NCBI GenBank assembly: GCA_039934485.1
Contig: JBDTMB010000001.1
Span: 1 to 49,672 of the forward strand
Source of the DNA: Vicinamibacterales bacterium
GTDB lineage: Bacteria; Acidobacteriota; Vicinamibacteria; Vicinamibacterales; UBA2999
Length of the DNA: 49,672 bases
Reading direction: 5' to 3'
A program made the translations under genes and the position numbers. The stretch's first letter is position 1. The number at the start of each line of letters is the position of its first letter. This document shows, piece by piece, positions 28,159-36,183 of the stretch. The notes under the pieces were generated by a model, which was given only the letters and a program-made list of their open reading frames with translations, was not told the DNA's origin and made no database searches.

Positions 28159-28548
28159 TCAATGCGCCTGCCCCGGAGCCGCGAACAGATACTCGTCTGT
28201 CTTTCTCAGCCCGGCGAGCCACCGCGCCGGAGTTAGCGGAGCTACCGGGTCCGATGGATCCGTTGCGTCGTGGCGTGGCACAAGCGCACCGGCGCGCCAT
28301 TCGAACACCGCCTCCGCCTCGCGCATCACGAAGCGCACGCCTTTTGGATTCACGCCGTGGAGCAAGGCATGCTCTGTGATGTGTTCGCGGAACTGAAATG
28401 CGTTGAGACTCTGCGCCTGCTTCTGTTCGGCAGTCGGTTCCGCCTTGCGACGTTGGGCCTCCCGCTCGGCCTCGTAGTCGGCCATGCATTTTGCGAAGCT
28501 CTTGTCCGCTATCCTTTGAATCGTCTGGTCGAGGTCTGTATCGTCCAT
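28159..28548 (-). CDS. Hypothetical protein (downstream of the packaging module)
   Basis: 129 aa from ATG 28548, preceded by GAGGAG 6 nt upstream. Confidence 0.6.
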   Translation of the reverse strand: MDDTDLDQTIQRIADKSFAKCMADYEAEREAQRRKAEPTAEQKQAQSLNAFQFREHITEHALLHGVNPKGVRFVMREAEAVFEWRAGALVPRHDATDPSDPVAPLTPARWLAGLRKTDEYLFAAPGQAH

Positions 28549-28572
28549 CTCTAACTCCTCGTCTGAAAGTGC

Positions 28573-29274
28573 CTACGTCAACGGCGCGCCGCTCATCAAG
28601 TACGGCTGGCGCGTGTCCTGTGGTGCGGGCTCGACTTGCGCTAAATTCCCGCCCGCGTCTTGCAACGCTTGCTCCGCGACGTTGAGAGCGTAGGCGTAGC
28701 TAGCACGAAGTTCGGTGAGTTCGGCAATCTCGGGATCACTTTCCACAGCGATTCTCTCCCTCGCTGCTGCCACCAGTTCGGCAGGTGCAATCGGAAATCC
28801 AGGTGGCGCGTTCTCTGCCGCTTCCAGATGGGCGATGCCCGCTGCGTCAGCGCGTAAACTCTTGAAGCGCGCCTGCAGATCGATCGGATCGAGCGTTTGT
28901 AAGCGCTCTCGAAGCTCCCGTGCACGCAGTTCGTTCACGATCGCCGTCGTTGGATCTTTTGCCACGGGTGCAGGCTTGGCCGCGAGCTTGGCGTTAATGT
29001 GCTCGTCAAGCTTTGCTACGCCCGCACGCACGGGAGCGAACTTCTCTCGCGTAGCGTGTGCGGCGAGCGCAATTTCTTTGGCCTCGCCGTCGCGGGTGTA
29101 GCGCCCGCTGGTGCGAATGGACTCGTGCTTGTCGAAAAACGCGAGCGACGGCCGCAGCACGTCTTCGAGCACGCGCTTCGAAAATGAGTCGGCGTATTTT
29201 GGTAGACGCGTCGCCACGTCTTTCGTGTGCGAACCGAGTAACAGATTCAGATCATTCTTGCGGTTGTCAGTCAT
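28573..29274 (-). CDS. Hypothetical protein (helical, Ala/Glu/Arg-rich)
   Basis: ATG 29274 is preceded by AGGAGA. The ORF-track TTG start at 29307 lies inside TerL. No portal or capsid motif is recognisable. Confidence 0.55.
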   Translation of the reverse strand: MTDNRKNDLNLLLGSHTKDVATRLPKYADSFSKRVLEDVLRPSLAFFDKHESIRTSGRYTRDGEAKEIALAAHATREKFAPVRAGVAKLDEHINAKLAAKPAPVAKDPTTAIVNELRARELRERLQTLDPIDLQARFKSLRADAAGIAHLEAAENAPPGFPIAPAELVAAARERIAVESDPEIAELTELRASYAYALNVAEQALQDAGGNLAQVEPAPQDTRQPYLMSGAPLT

Positions 29275-29297
29275 CGTCATTCTCCTGGTGTGAGTTG

Positions 29298-30689
29298 TTA
29301 ACCCCAAATCGCTTCGCGCATCGCAGGTCCGGCAAGCCGTTCTAACGCGGCAAGTACGAGTGCTCCCGCCGCTGCGTTGGCCCGATCATCGTGAGCGCCG
29401 CTGCGATGGTCCACACGGTCGCGCCCGCTCGTGCCCCTCCGCCGTTCGAGGCCACGGAACTCCCGCAGAAGCACCGCGTCGTCTAGGAGCACGACCGCTC
29501 CCGCATTCACGTGTGGGAGTAAATCGAGGTAGATCGTTGAGCGGTCGCGTTCACTTGGCCGATAGTTGATGCCGTTGGCGCGGAAACCCTCGCTCACGAA
29601 ACCCGGTGCGTATCGATCGCCCGTCGTCTCAAACAGGCCGTAGGTCTTCAACAGGGACGCGGCTTCCGCGATTGCATTGCTCGGATTGAACGGAGGTGCC
29701 CACGCTCGCACCGCGTCCAGCACGATGCGCTCACCATCTCGATGGGCGATGCCGGTGGTGAAGGCGTCTTTCCCGCTGCCGCTTGCTGCATCAGCGAACG
29801 ATTTGTAACGCATTCCGGACGCGGGTCGGCGCTCGCGCACGCCATCTGCGACACAAGCGGCGAGGGCGTCAGGGTCAAACAGCGTCGAAACTCCTGTGCG
29901 GAACTCTCCGAGCACTTCTGAGCGATAGGCTTCGGGATCGTCCTGCGCCATGCGCGTTAGATAGTCGGCAGGCAGTGTCGGGTTCATGGCGGATGCGGAC
30001 GCCTGCCAGATCAGCACGTCGCTGTCGTCGCGGCCAAAGTGCTTCCGGTGCAATTCGTAGAGCGCGCCGGTTTGAGCGTAAGGGCTGGACAGGATGATCA
30101 GCTTTCCGCCCGTGGTCGCGACACGGCCCCGCGCTACGCGGAGCATCTCGGTATCGACGGGGCGACCGTCCGTCGCGGTGAAGAATGCGAGTTCGTCGAT
30201 TACGACGATGCACGCCCGAAGGCCGCGCACGGCGGCAGGTCTGCAGGGGTATGCCGATAGGCTGACGCCGTTTCGCAGTTCCAGGGTGTCTACCGTTGAC
30301 CGCACGACTTCGGCGCGGAAAGTGTCGATCGTTTCAAAGGGTTCGCGGGCGTAGCGAAGCAACACGCGCATCGCACCACGGTGGTCCTGGCCGAGCAGCA
30401 GCGCGTGGGTGCCAGCTTCACCAGCGAGCGCTGCGACGTCAACGAGTGCCCCGGCGATACGCGTCTTCCCGCTCTGCACGCCGACGATTGCGACAGCTTC
30501 GGGATATCCGCCGGGGCGCGGCTCCTGGCGTCCGGTGTGGAGCTTGAACCGCTCCAGGTCGTCGGCGTCGAGGGGAAGGCCATGCACCGTGCGCACGAAT
30601 GTCAACCACGCGCCCCACGTCGCAAGGTCACGAAAGACAGGCAGCGCACCGAGGAGTCGTGGGTCGCGCAGCGCCTGAATGACGTTCAC
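29298..30689 (-). CDS. Terminase large subunit
   Basis: VGVQSGKTRIAG Walker A, ACIVVIDELAFF Walker B, and a C-terminal RNaseH-like nuclease end with HRSGAHDDRANAAAGA. GTGA overlap with the upstream gene. Confidence 0.8.
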   Translation of the reverse strand: MNVIQALRDPRLLGALPVFRDLATWGAWLTFVRTVHGLPLDADDLERFKLHTGRQEPRPGGYPEAVAIVGVQSGKTRIAGALVDVAALAGEAGTHALLLGQDHRGAMRVLLRYAREPFETIDTFRAEVVRSTVDTLELRNGVSLSAYPCRPAAVRGLRACIVVIDELAFFTATDGRPVDTEMLRVARGRVATTGGKLIILSSPYAQTGALYELHRKHFGRDDSDVLIWQASASAMNPTLPADYLTRMAQDDPEAYRSEVLGEFRTGVSTLFDPDALAACVADGVRERRPASGMRYKSFADAASGSGKDAFTTGIAHRDGERIVLDAVRAWAPPFNPSNAIAEAASLLKTYGLFETTGDRYAPGFVSEGFRANGINYRPSERDRSTIYLDLLPHVNAGAVVLLDDAVLLREFRGLERRRGTSGRDRVDHRSGAHDDRANAAAGALVLAALERLAGPAMREAIWG

Positions 30690-31186
30690 TTCGGCACCTC
30701 GTGCTCGCTCATGATTTCGCCAAGCGTCTGAACACGTCGGGCGCGGCGTTCAAGACCGAGCGCCATGGCGCTCTTTTGAAGTCGATCGATCACCGCGAGC
30801 CACGCGGTGAGTGCTGCGCGTTGACGACCTTTGCCCGTGAGCACCCCGTTCGCTTCAAGGTTGCGCCACAGGTACTCGTCAACCAGCTCCAGGCGGGCGT
30901 GACGTTCCGCTTGGCCGACAGCCAGGGCGCTCAACCCCTCCGGGCCGCCCAGGTCGGCCACGATGGCGGCCACGCGGGCACCCAGGGCTGCGGCGGCTTC
31001 CGCCTGCTCGGGCATCAAACCGGCCGCCACGCGGGCGCTGCGGGCACCGTGGCGCAGGGCCGCCCTGTTGCCCGGCTGGAAACGCCCGTCGCCAGACGGG
31101 GCTGACGTCGGGGTTTCTCCGGACGGCGCAGCCGGTTGCAAACTTGGTTGCAAACCGAAGTTCAGTTCGTCGAATTCCCGCGACAT
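30686..31186 (-). CDS. Putative terminase small subunit
   Basis: It sits directly upstream of TerL and is translationally coupled to it. The GNRAALRHGARS motif resembles small-terminase N-termini. ATG 31186 is preceded by AGGAGGCAGGAGG. Confidence 0.45.
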   Translation of the reverse strand: MSREFDELNFGLQPSLQPAAPSGETPTSAPSGDGRFQPGNRAALRHGARSARVAAGLMPEQAEAAAALGARVAAIVADLGGPEGLSALAVGQAERHARLELVDEYLWRNLEANGVLTGKGRQRAALTAWLAVIDRLQKSAMALGLERRARRVQTLGEIMSEHEVPK

Positions 31187-31283
31187 TTCAGGGCAGACCT
31201 CCTGCCTCCTGGGCAAGCGCTCGTCCCAGGTGCGGGGCGACCGTTTGGGCGAACTCCATCGTCCGGATCACCAGCGCGGCAGC

Positions 31284-31481
31284 ATCCAACCTTGCCGACC
31301 TTTCCAACCTTTTCGAAGCTTTTATTACCGCCAATGTTTTTCTCCCGGCCGTCTGCCGTCGCCCTGTTCCTAACCCTTCCCCCCCTCTATTCAAATAAGG
31401 TTAGAAAGGTTAGAAAGGTTGGATTGCGCCAATGATTCCGGCCTCGAATTGCATCCAACCTCCCTCCAAGCTTTCTAACCT
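31284..31481. repeat. Iteron-like cluster: seven copies of the 9-mer AGGTTRGAW
   Basis: Three copies are tandem on the plus strand (31398, 31407, 31416) and four are inverted (31284, 31302, 31453, 31473). AGGTTGGAT at 31416 and ATCCAACCT at 31453 form an inverted pair. The region is A+T-richer than its surroundings. Confidence 0.7.
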
Positions 31482-33679
31482 CCCTCGTCCCAGTCGAATT
31501 CGTCTGGCCATCCGCAGACCTTCGCCCAGAACTCGCGGCACGCTTCCTTCGACGGCAGGTTCCAGAAGTACTGCGGTCCACTTGCACCGCTGCCCGGCAG
31601 TCGGCGTTGCGTCTGCATCGGTGTAAATTTCTTCAAGAACACTCCGAGTTCCGTTTCTGTTGATCGGCGCGACCGAACATCGCGATGCTTGTCGAGGAAC
31701 GCCAGATAGTCCTCATGAAGAGACGCCTTTTCCACGCTCTCCGGCCACCCTTCGACATAGGTCACGTTCCCGCCGGCGTCAACCTTGTTGAATGACAGCG
31801 AGCCTTTCAGGAGTTTTTCGTACCACCAGCGCTCGATAGGCTTCAGGCTCTGCGCCATGACTTCGCGCTTGCCCTTGGTGCTCGGTGGATGACGAAGCGC
31901 GTGCTCGTCAATCGGTTGAGCCAACAGATCGTGGAGCATGGCTGCGAGACCGCCGGACTCGAGTTCCTCACGCAGCGGAGCAAAGTACGAATCGTTCTGG
32001 CGCTCAGTTTCGGCCACGTCGAAGACGACGAACCGCCGGTCATCCATCGCAATCGCAATCGGCCATTCGTTGTTCGATGCGATCACGATGTGCAGAGCGC
32101 TGGGCTCTTCAACCAGGGGCAGAAATTTGCGCTCAATAGGAATGGTGCTCTCCGTCACCATGCCCTTCAGCTTGTCGGCCGCAGCAGGATCGCCACCCCA
32201 CGTGCTCTCGTCCGCGAAGATGAGCACCTTCCCTGACAGATGTTCATTGAATCGGAGGGTCAGCATGCCGGAGCCGATGATGTGTAAATACTGTTGAGCG
32301 TGGAAGAGTGCGCCGAGCATCAAATGGGCGAAGTGACCTTTGCCGATGCCCTGTCCGCCTCGAAGAACGACGGCGGTAAACGCATGGCGTCCTGGCCATT
32401 GCACCAGTGCAGCCATCCAGTTGAACAGCCATGTGAAAAGGATCGGGTTGCTCGCACAGATGATCTTCAGCAGGTGTTGTCGGTTCTTGCTCCACTCGCC
32501 GGGCTCTGGCTTGACGCGAAAGCCAAGCCAGCCGTTGTAATCCTTCGGGGAGTGGCGCTCGGCGCTCCCAGGCATCGCAAAGACGAGACGTTCATACGAC
32601 CGACCGTCGGCGTGACAGAGCCACAGCTTTGCGAGGCCCACCTCCTTGGTAGTGGTGGTGGTGTCGGTGCCGGTGCCGGTAGCAATCTTGATGCGGTCCT
32701 TGATCAATAGCCGGTTGAACTCCTCAAACGGCCAGAACGCCTCGATGCCGCCGTCCGCCGAGTTCTCCATCACCACGACCTTGTTTCCAACCGTCACAAT
32801 GCCGAAGCGCCGGTTCAGCCGTTTGATAGCAGCTGACAGCGACTCGTCGTCCGCAGGCTGCTCCTCAGGTTCTTCGATAGATGGCGGCACGTAGACGTCG
32901 GTCGCATCGCAGAGCGCAATCAATTCGCCGGGCGTGTGGCCAGCGTCGAGCCAATCCGATACGTCGCCCTTCGGCGGCAGGCCCGGCAGATTGACGATCC
33001 GTGTCTCAATACCTGCCGATGTGCAGCTGCGCGCCACTGCCTTCATATGAGCGCGGCCAGGACCATCGTTGTCAGGGATGCACACCGCCGTGTCAACGCC
33101 ATTCGCCTTTAGCTGCTGCGTCAGCGCGTCGGTCCATTTTGGTTTCCGTAAGTCCTCGCTGGCACCGCCGTCGTTTGTGGTGGCAGGCAAGTCGAGCGTC
33201 CATAAGCGGTCGCAATCCTTTTCGCCCTCGCAGATGAAACAGAACGTCTTCCCGATCAGCTCATCCAACCGATAGGGCAATCGCTCGATGCCCTCCATGA
33301 CGGTCTTGTCGCCGTTCTGCCTTCGGCTCGTCCAGCCGCCGTTGTTGACGGGCCTCTCAAAAAAGAACTTCTTGTTCGCGGTGCGCTGTTTGCGGTAGCG
33401 GATCACACCGTTCTGATCGCGATAGTCGTAAGTGGCTACGATTGGCGACGTGACCTTCTTATGACCGTTGCTGATGAAGAGATCCTTCATCGTCAGACCG
33501 CCCGCTTGGAGAACAGCCTTGGTATCGCATCCGGCGAAGCAGTTCACGAGGATCTTGTCGCCGTCCTGATTGATGGACAGTGACGCCTTGCTGTCTTCAT
33601 GGACGGGACAGTGAGCCATGTATCCCCGGCCGTTGGCTTTGGCGTCGAAGCGCCCAGCGAACTCTTGAAGAGTCATCAT
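31475..33679 (-). CDS. Phage/plasmid primase-helicase (zinc-finger + Toprim + P-loop NTPase)
   Basis: CPVHEDSKASLSI...CFAGC zinc-binding region. Toprim motifs FICEGEKD and IPDNDGPG. C-terminal P-loop VLRGGQGIGKGHF, with Walker B-like VLIFADES. Confidence 0.8.
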   Translation of the reverse strand: MMTLQEFAGRFDAKANGRGYMAHCPVHEDSKASLSINQDGDKILVNCFAGCDTKAVLQAGGLTMKDLFISNGHKKVTSPIVATYDYRDQNGVIRYRKQRTANKKFFFERPVNNGGWTSRRQNGDKTVMEGIERLPYRLDELIGKTFCFICEGEKDCDRLWTLDLPATTNDGGASEDLRKPKWTDALTQQLKANGVDTAVCIPDNDGPGRAHMKAVARSCTSAGIETRIVNLPGLPPKGDVSDWLDAGHTPGELIALCDATDVYVPPSIEEPEEQPADDESLSAAIKRLNRRFGIVTVGNKVVVMENSADGGIEAFWPFEEFNRLLIKDRIKIATGTGTDTTTTTKEVGLAKLWLCHADGRSYERLVFAMPGSAERHSPKDYNGWLGFRVKPEPGEWSKNRQHLLKIICASNPILFTWLFNWMAALVQWPGRHAFTAVVLRGGQGIGKGHFAHLMLGALFHAQQYLHIIGSGMLTLRFNEHLSGKVLIFADESTWGGDPAAADKLKGMVTESTIPIERKFLPLVEEPSALHIVIASNNEWPIAIAMDDRRFVVFDVAETERQNDSYFAPLREELESGGLAAMLHDLLAQPIDEHALRHPPSTKGKREVMAQSLKPIERWWYEKLLKGSLSFNKVDAGGNVTYVEGWPESVEKASLHEDYLAFLDKHRDVRSRRSTETELGVFLKKFTPMQTQRRLPGSGASGPQYFWNLPSKEACREFWAKVCGWPDEFDWDEGG

Positions 33680-33925
33680 TCACCGCGCCGCCATTGCGTC
33701 CGCTTCGGCCCAACTTTGGGCCTCCGCAAGCGTTTTGAACTGTCGTGTTTCGATGAGCATCTCGCCGTCGAGATCGCGATGCGCAATATCGACACCAGCG
33801 CCGGCGAACTCATAAAAGAAATAGATGCGGCCAGACCCTTCGGCGCGAAGATCCGTTGGCGGAAGGAGTTGTGCCATCGCAGCATGCTCGGCATTGAAGG
33901 CGACGACGCAGACCGTGTTCATCAT
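33680..33925 (-). CDS. Hypothetical protein
   Basis: 81 aa. Overlapping start/stop codons with both neighbours place it in the same operon. Confidence 0.5.
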   Translation of the reverse strand: MMNTVCVVAFNAEHAAMAQLLPPTDLRAEGSGRIYFFYEFAGAGVDIAHRDLDGEMLIETRQFKTLAEAQSWAEADAMAAR

Positions 33926-34128
33926 CGTCGCACCTCAACGGGTTTCGCGCTGGCTTCCAACCACTCGCTGATCCAATCGCGATGAATTCGGATGTCGCGT
34001 CGGCCGCCAACTCTCGCGGCGCGCAGACGGCCCGCCGTGATCTCTCGGTAGAGCAATCGCGCCCCGACTTTGGCGATCAGGCGCGCTTCGTTGACCGTGA
34101 GCCACAGTGAGGGTTGCTCCTCAGCCAT
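33922..34128 (-). CDS. Excisionase-family / AlpA-like helix-turn-helix DNA-binding protein
   Basis: LTVNEARLIAKVGARLLYREITAGRLRAARVGGRRDIRIHRDWISEWL matches the excisionase-type HTH pattern. Start re-set to ATG 34128, which overlaps the XRE gene stop. Confidence 0.65.
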   Translation of the reverse strand: MAEEQPSLWLTVNEARLIAKVGARLLYREITAGRLRAARVGGRRDIRIHRDWISEWLEASAKPVEVRR

Positions 34129-34351
34129 GGTGCGCCTCCTCCGGATCTTGGACACGCACTGGCTGCAGGAGAAGCGCGGGACTGATTCCAAAGACCTGAC
34201 CGAGCGCAGCCAGTTCTCCTGCGCTTGGATTCAGACGGCCGATTTCGATTGAGGAAATCGTGACTTGCGGCAGGCCAGCGAGGTTCGCTACCTGTTGCTG
34301 GGTGAGTCCACGACGGTGGCGTTCGAACTTGAGCCTGATATATGGATGCAC
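34121..34351 (-). CDS. XRE-family transcriptional regulator (Cro/CI-like)
   Basis: RGLTQQQVANLAGLPQVTISSIEIGRLNPSAGELAALGQVFGI HTH. GTG start at 34351 with AAGGAG 6 nt upstream. Divergent from the integrase side. Confidence 0.8.
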   Translation of the reverse strand: MHPYIRLKFERHRRGLTQQQVANLAGLPQVTISSIEIGRLNPSAGELAALGQVFGISPALLLQPVRVQDPEEAHHG

Positions 34352-34605
34352 CAGTTGCTCCTTCGCATGAAAACGTCAGCGCACAATTCATCGAACAGCG
34401 CGTGCATTCATGCCCTGCGGAGCCGGTACTCGTCCGGACACGGAAAGGCGACGGCCTTCTATGGCCGCCTTGTGAATTGTCTTAAGCCTAATGTTGCGCC
34501 AAGGGGGAATCAAGCGGATTAGCGCTTGCTTTTGGATAAAAGATTTAGGCAAGGGGCGGAATGGACTTCCTTGTAGGTGGCACCTTGAGGTAAACATCAC
34601 CCATC

Positions 34606-34761
34606 ATGAAGATCGTCATTACCAAACTGCGGTGCCTTCGTTGCGATCATCGATGGGTACCCACGCAAACGCAGATCCGGATCTGCCCAAAATGCAAAAG
34701 CGCGTACTGGAATACGAAGCGACGCAATCGACAGGGGTTACGCAAGGGAGGCAAACGATGA
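34606..34761 (+). CDS. Small zinc-ribbon protein (51 aa; below the ORF-track cutoff)
   Basis: My own translation is MKIVITKLRCLRCDHRWVPTQTQIRICPKCKSAYWNTKRRNRQGLRKGGKR. It has two CxxC pairs 15 residues apart and a basic tail. Its TGA overlaps the integrase ATG (ATGA at 34758-34761). Confidence 0.5.
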   Translation: MKIVITKLRCLRCDHRWVPTQTQIRICPKCKSAYWNTKRRNRQGLRKGGKR

Positions 34762-36113
34762 GAGAAGCGATCAGAGGGCTGCGAAAAGTGTGTGATCACC
34801 CGCGACGTGCGTGGTCGAAATGCGATCATCCGTGGCATTTCAGTTTCAAGTGGCACGAGGTGCATCACCGATTCTCGCTCGACAAACATCTCGGACGGCG
34901 GATCGACAGCAAGAGCGAGGCGGAAGACGAAGCCGCGAAGATCCGGATCGCGATCAAGGCTGGCACGTTCGGGCAAGTAGCGCCCCCCCGGCAGGATATG
35001 ACGCTGCGCCAGCTGGCCGACCTCTACCTTGAGCGCTACGTGGCAAACGATCATGCCGCCACCGCAGCGGAGTTCCGTTACTCCCTCGGCACCATCTGCC
35101 GCACGGTTGTGCCTCGCCCGACAGGCGGCAGCGCGCCGCTTGGTGAATGGCGTCCGGACGACATTGTCACAGACACGGTCAACCGCTTCCGCGAGATCCG
35201 TTTGGGGCAGAAGACTGGTGGCGTGGGTGTGAATCGAAACGTCCGCCAGCTTCGCGCCCTCTTCAAATGGGGGATCACTGCTGGCTACTCAGATCGGACG
35301 CCTTTCAAACTGAACGGTGAGACAGCGGTGCGACTGCCGAAGGATGTTCCCCGCAGCCGTCGCCTGGACACTGATGAAGAAGGGAAGCTCCTGGCCGTCT
35401 GCAGTTCGCACCTGCAGGCTCTTGTGATCGCTGCCGTCGATAGCGGGATGCGCCAGGGCGAGATCCTTTCCTTGCAATGGAACCAGATCGAGGGAATGAA
35501 GATCGACAAGCAGAAAGTGACGTGGCAACCGAAGGCCGAATTGTTTCTGCCGTTCGGCAAGACAAAAACGAAGCGTGATCGTCGGATTCCGATTTCCACA
35601 CGTCTCAAAGGGATTCTCGACATGCGACGATTCGATCCTGCGGGGCAACCGCACCCGCCCGACGCTTATGTGTTTGGGTCTGAAGTCGGGACCAAGTTGT
35701 TGGGTTTCTCACGAGCGTGGTATTCGGCCGTGTTGAAAGCACACGGGCACGCGCCGGACTACACCGCCACGAAGAACCTGACGCCAGCGTCACGCGCTGC
35801 GCTGGCTGCCATCGGACTGCACTTCCATGATCTGCGCCGCGAGGCGGGAAGTCGGTGGATGGACGGTGGCGTGCCGCTCGCGACCATCCAGAGGTGGTTG
35901 GGGCACACGAACATTGCCCAGACGAGCACCTATCTGGCGGGCACGCAGTCGTCAGAGCATGACGCGATGCGGCGCTACGAGGAGCAACAAGCCGCTTTGC
36001 AAAAGATTGCAACGGAAGTCGGAACAGGGGGGCGAAAGCGGCCACGGTCGGCCGCCAGCCGGAGCAAAAAGACCAATAAAACCGCGGTCGGCCGCGGTGT
36101 GACTATGATGTAA
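34758..36113 (+). CDS. Tyrosine recombinase / phage integrase
   Basis: Catalytic pattern: R (DSGMRQGE), HxxR (HFHDLRRE), LGH, Y (TSTYL). The ATG at 34758 follows GGGAGG. The ORF-track start 34491 is an upstream extension. Confidence 0.88.
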   Translation: MREAIRGLRKVCDHPRRAWSKCDHPWHFSFKWHEVHHRFSLDKHLGRRIDSKSEAEDEAAKIRIAIKAGTFGQVAPPRQDMTLRQLADLYLERYVANDHAATAAEFRYSLGTICRTVVPRPTGGSAPLGEWRPDDIVTDTVNRFREIRLGQKTGGVGVNRNVRQLRALFKWGITAGYSDRTPFKLNGETAVRLPKDVPRSRRLDTDEEGKLLAVCSSHLQALVIAAVDSGMRQGEILSLQWNQIEGMKIDKQKVTWQPKAELFLPFGKTKTKRDRRIPISTRLKGILDMRRFDPAGQPHPPDAYVFGSEVGTKLLGFSRAWYSAVLKAHGHAPDYTATKNLTPASRAALAAIGLHFHDLRREAGSRWMDGGVPLATIQRWLGHTNIAQTSTYLAGTQSSEHDAMRRYEEQQAALQKIATEVGTGGRKRPRSAASRSKKTNKTAVGRGVTMM

Positions 36114-36119
36114 TCCGTT

Positions 36120-36165
36120 TTGGGGTGCAGGAGGTCCCGAGTTCGAATCTCGGCATCCCGACCAA
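36120..36165 (+). repeat. att direct repeat (distal copy); a tRNA-Pro 3'-half fragment, not a gene
   Basis: 46/46 identity to 23583-23628. No matching 5' acceptor or D-arm lies upstream. Confidence 0.9.
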
Positions 36166-36183
36166 ATCTGCAAAACACTGCGG

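Larger units (their letters stand above)
23583..36165. mobile_element. Integrative element (~12.5 kb) in tRNA-Pro; prophage remnant or phage-satellite-like island
   Basis: A 46-bp perfect direct repeat of the tRNA 3' half at both ends. A tyrosine integrase ends 7 nt before the distal repeat. The element carries excisionase-type HTH, XRE, primase-helicase, TerS/TerL and an R-M system. G+C is visibly lower across ~23.7-28.1 kb. Host-like genes resume at 36184. Confidence 0.88.

Noticed and set aside
34570-34595. Sigma-54-like TGGCAC upstream of the small ORF and integrase
   Set aside because: TGGCAC is followed by CTTGA-GGTA rather than the N5-TTGC -12 element. Other TGGCAC occurrences (for example 18608, 48767) are inside genes and also lack the -12 element.
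36120-36165. A second tRNA-Pro gene
   Set aside because: Only the anticodon-loop-to-3' end is present. No 5' acceptor strand or D-arm lies upstream (that sequence is the integrase 3' end), so it is the att repeat and not a gene.
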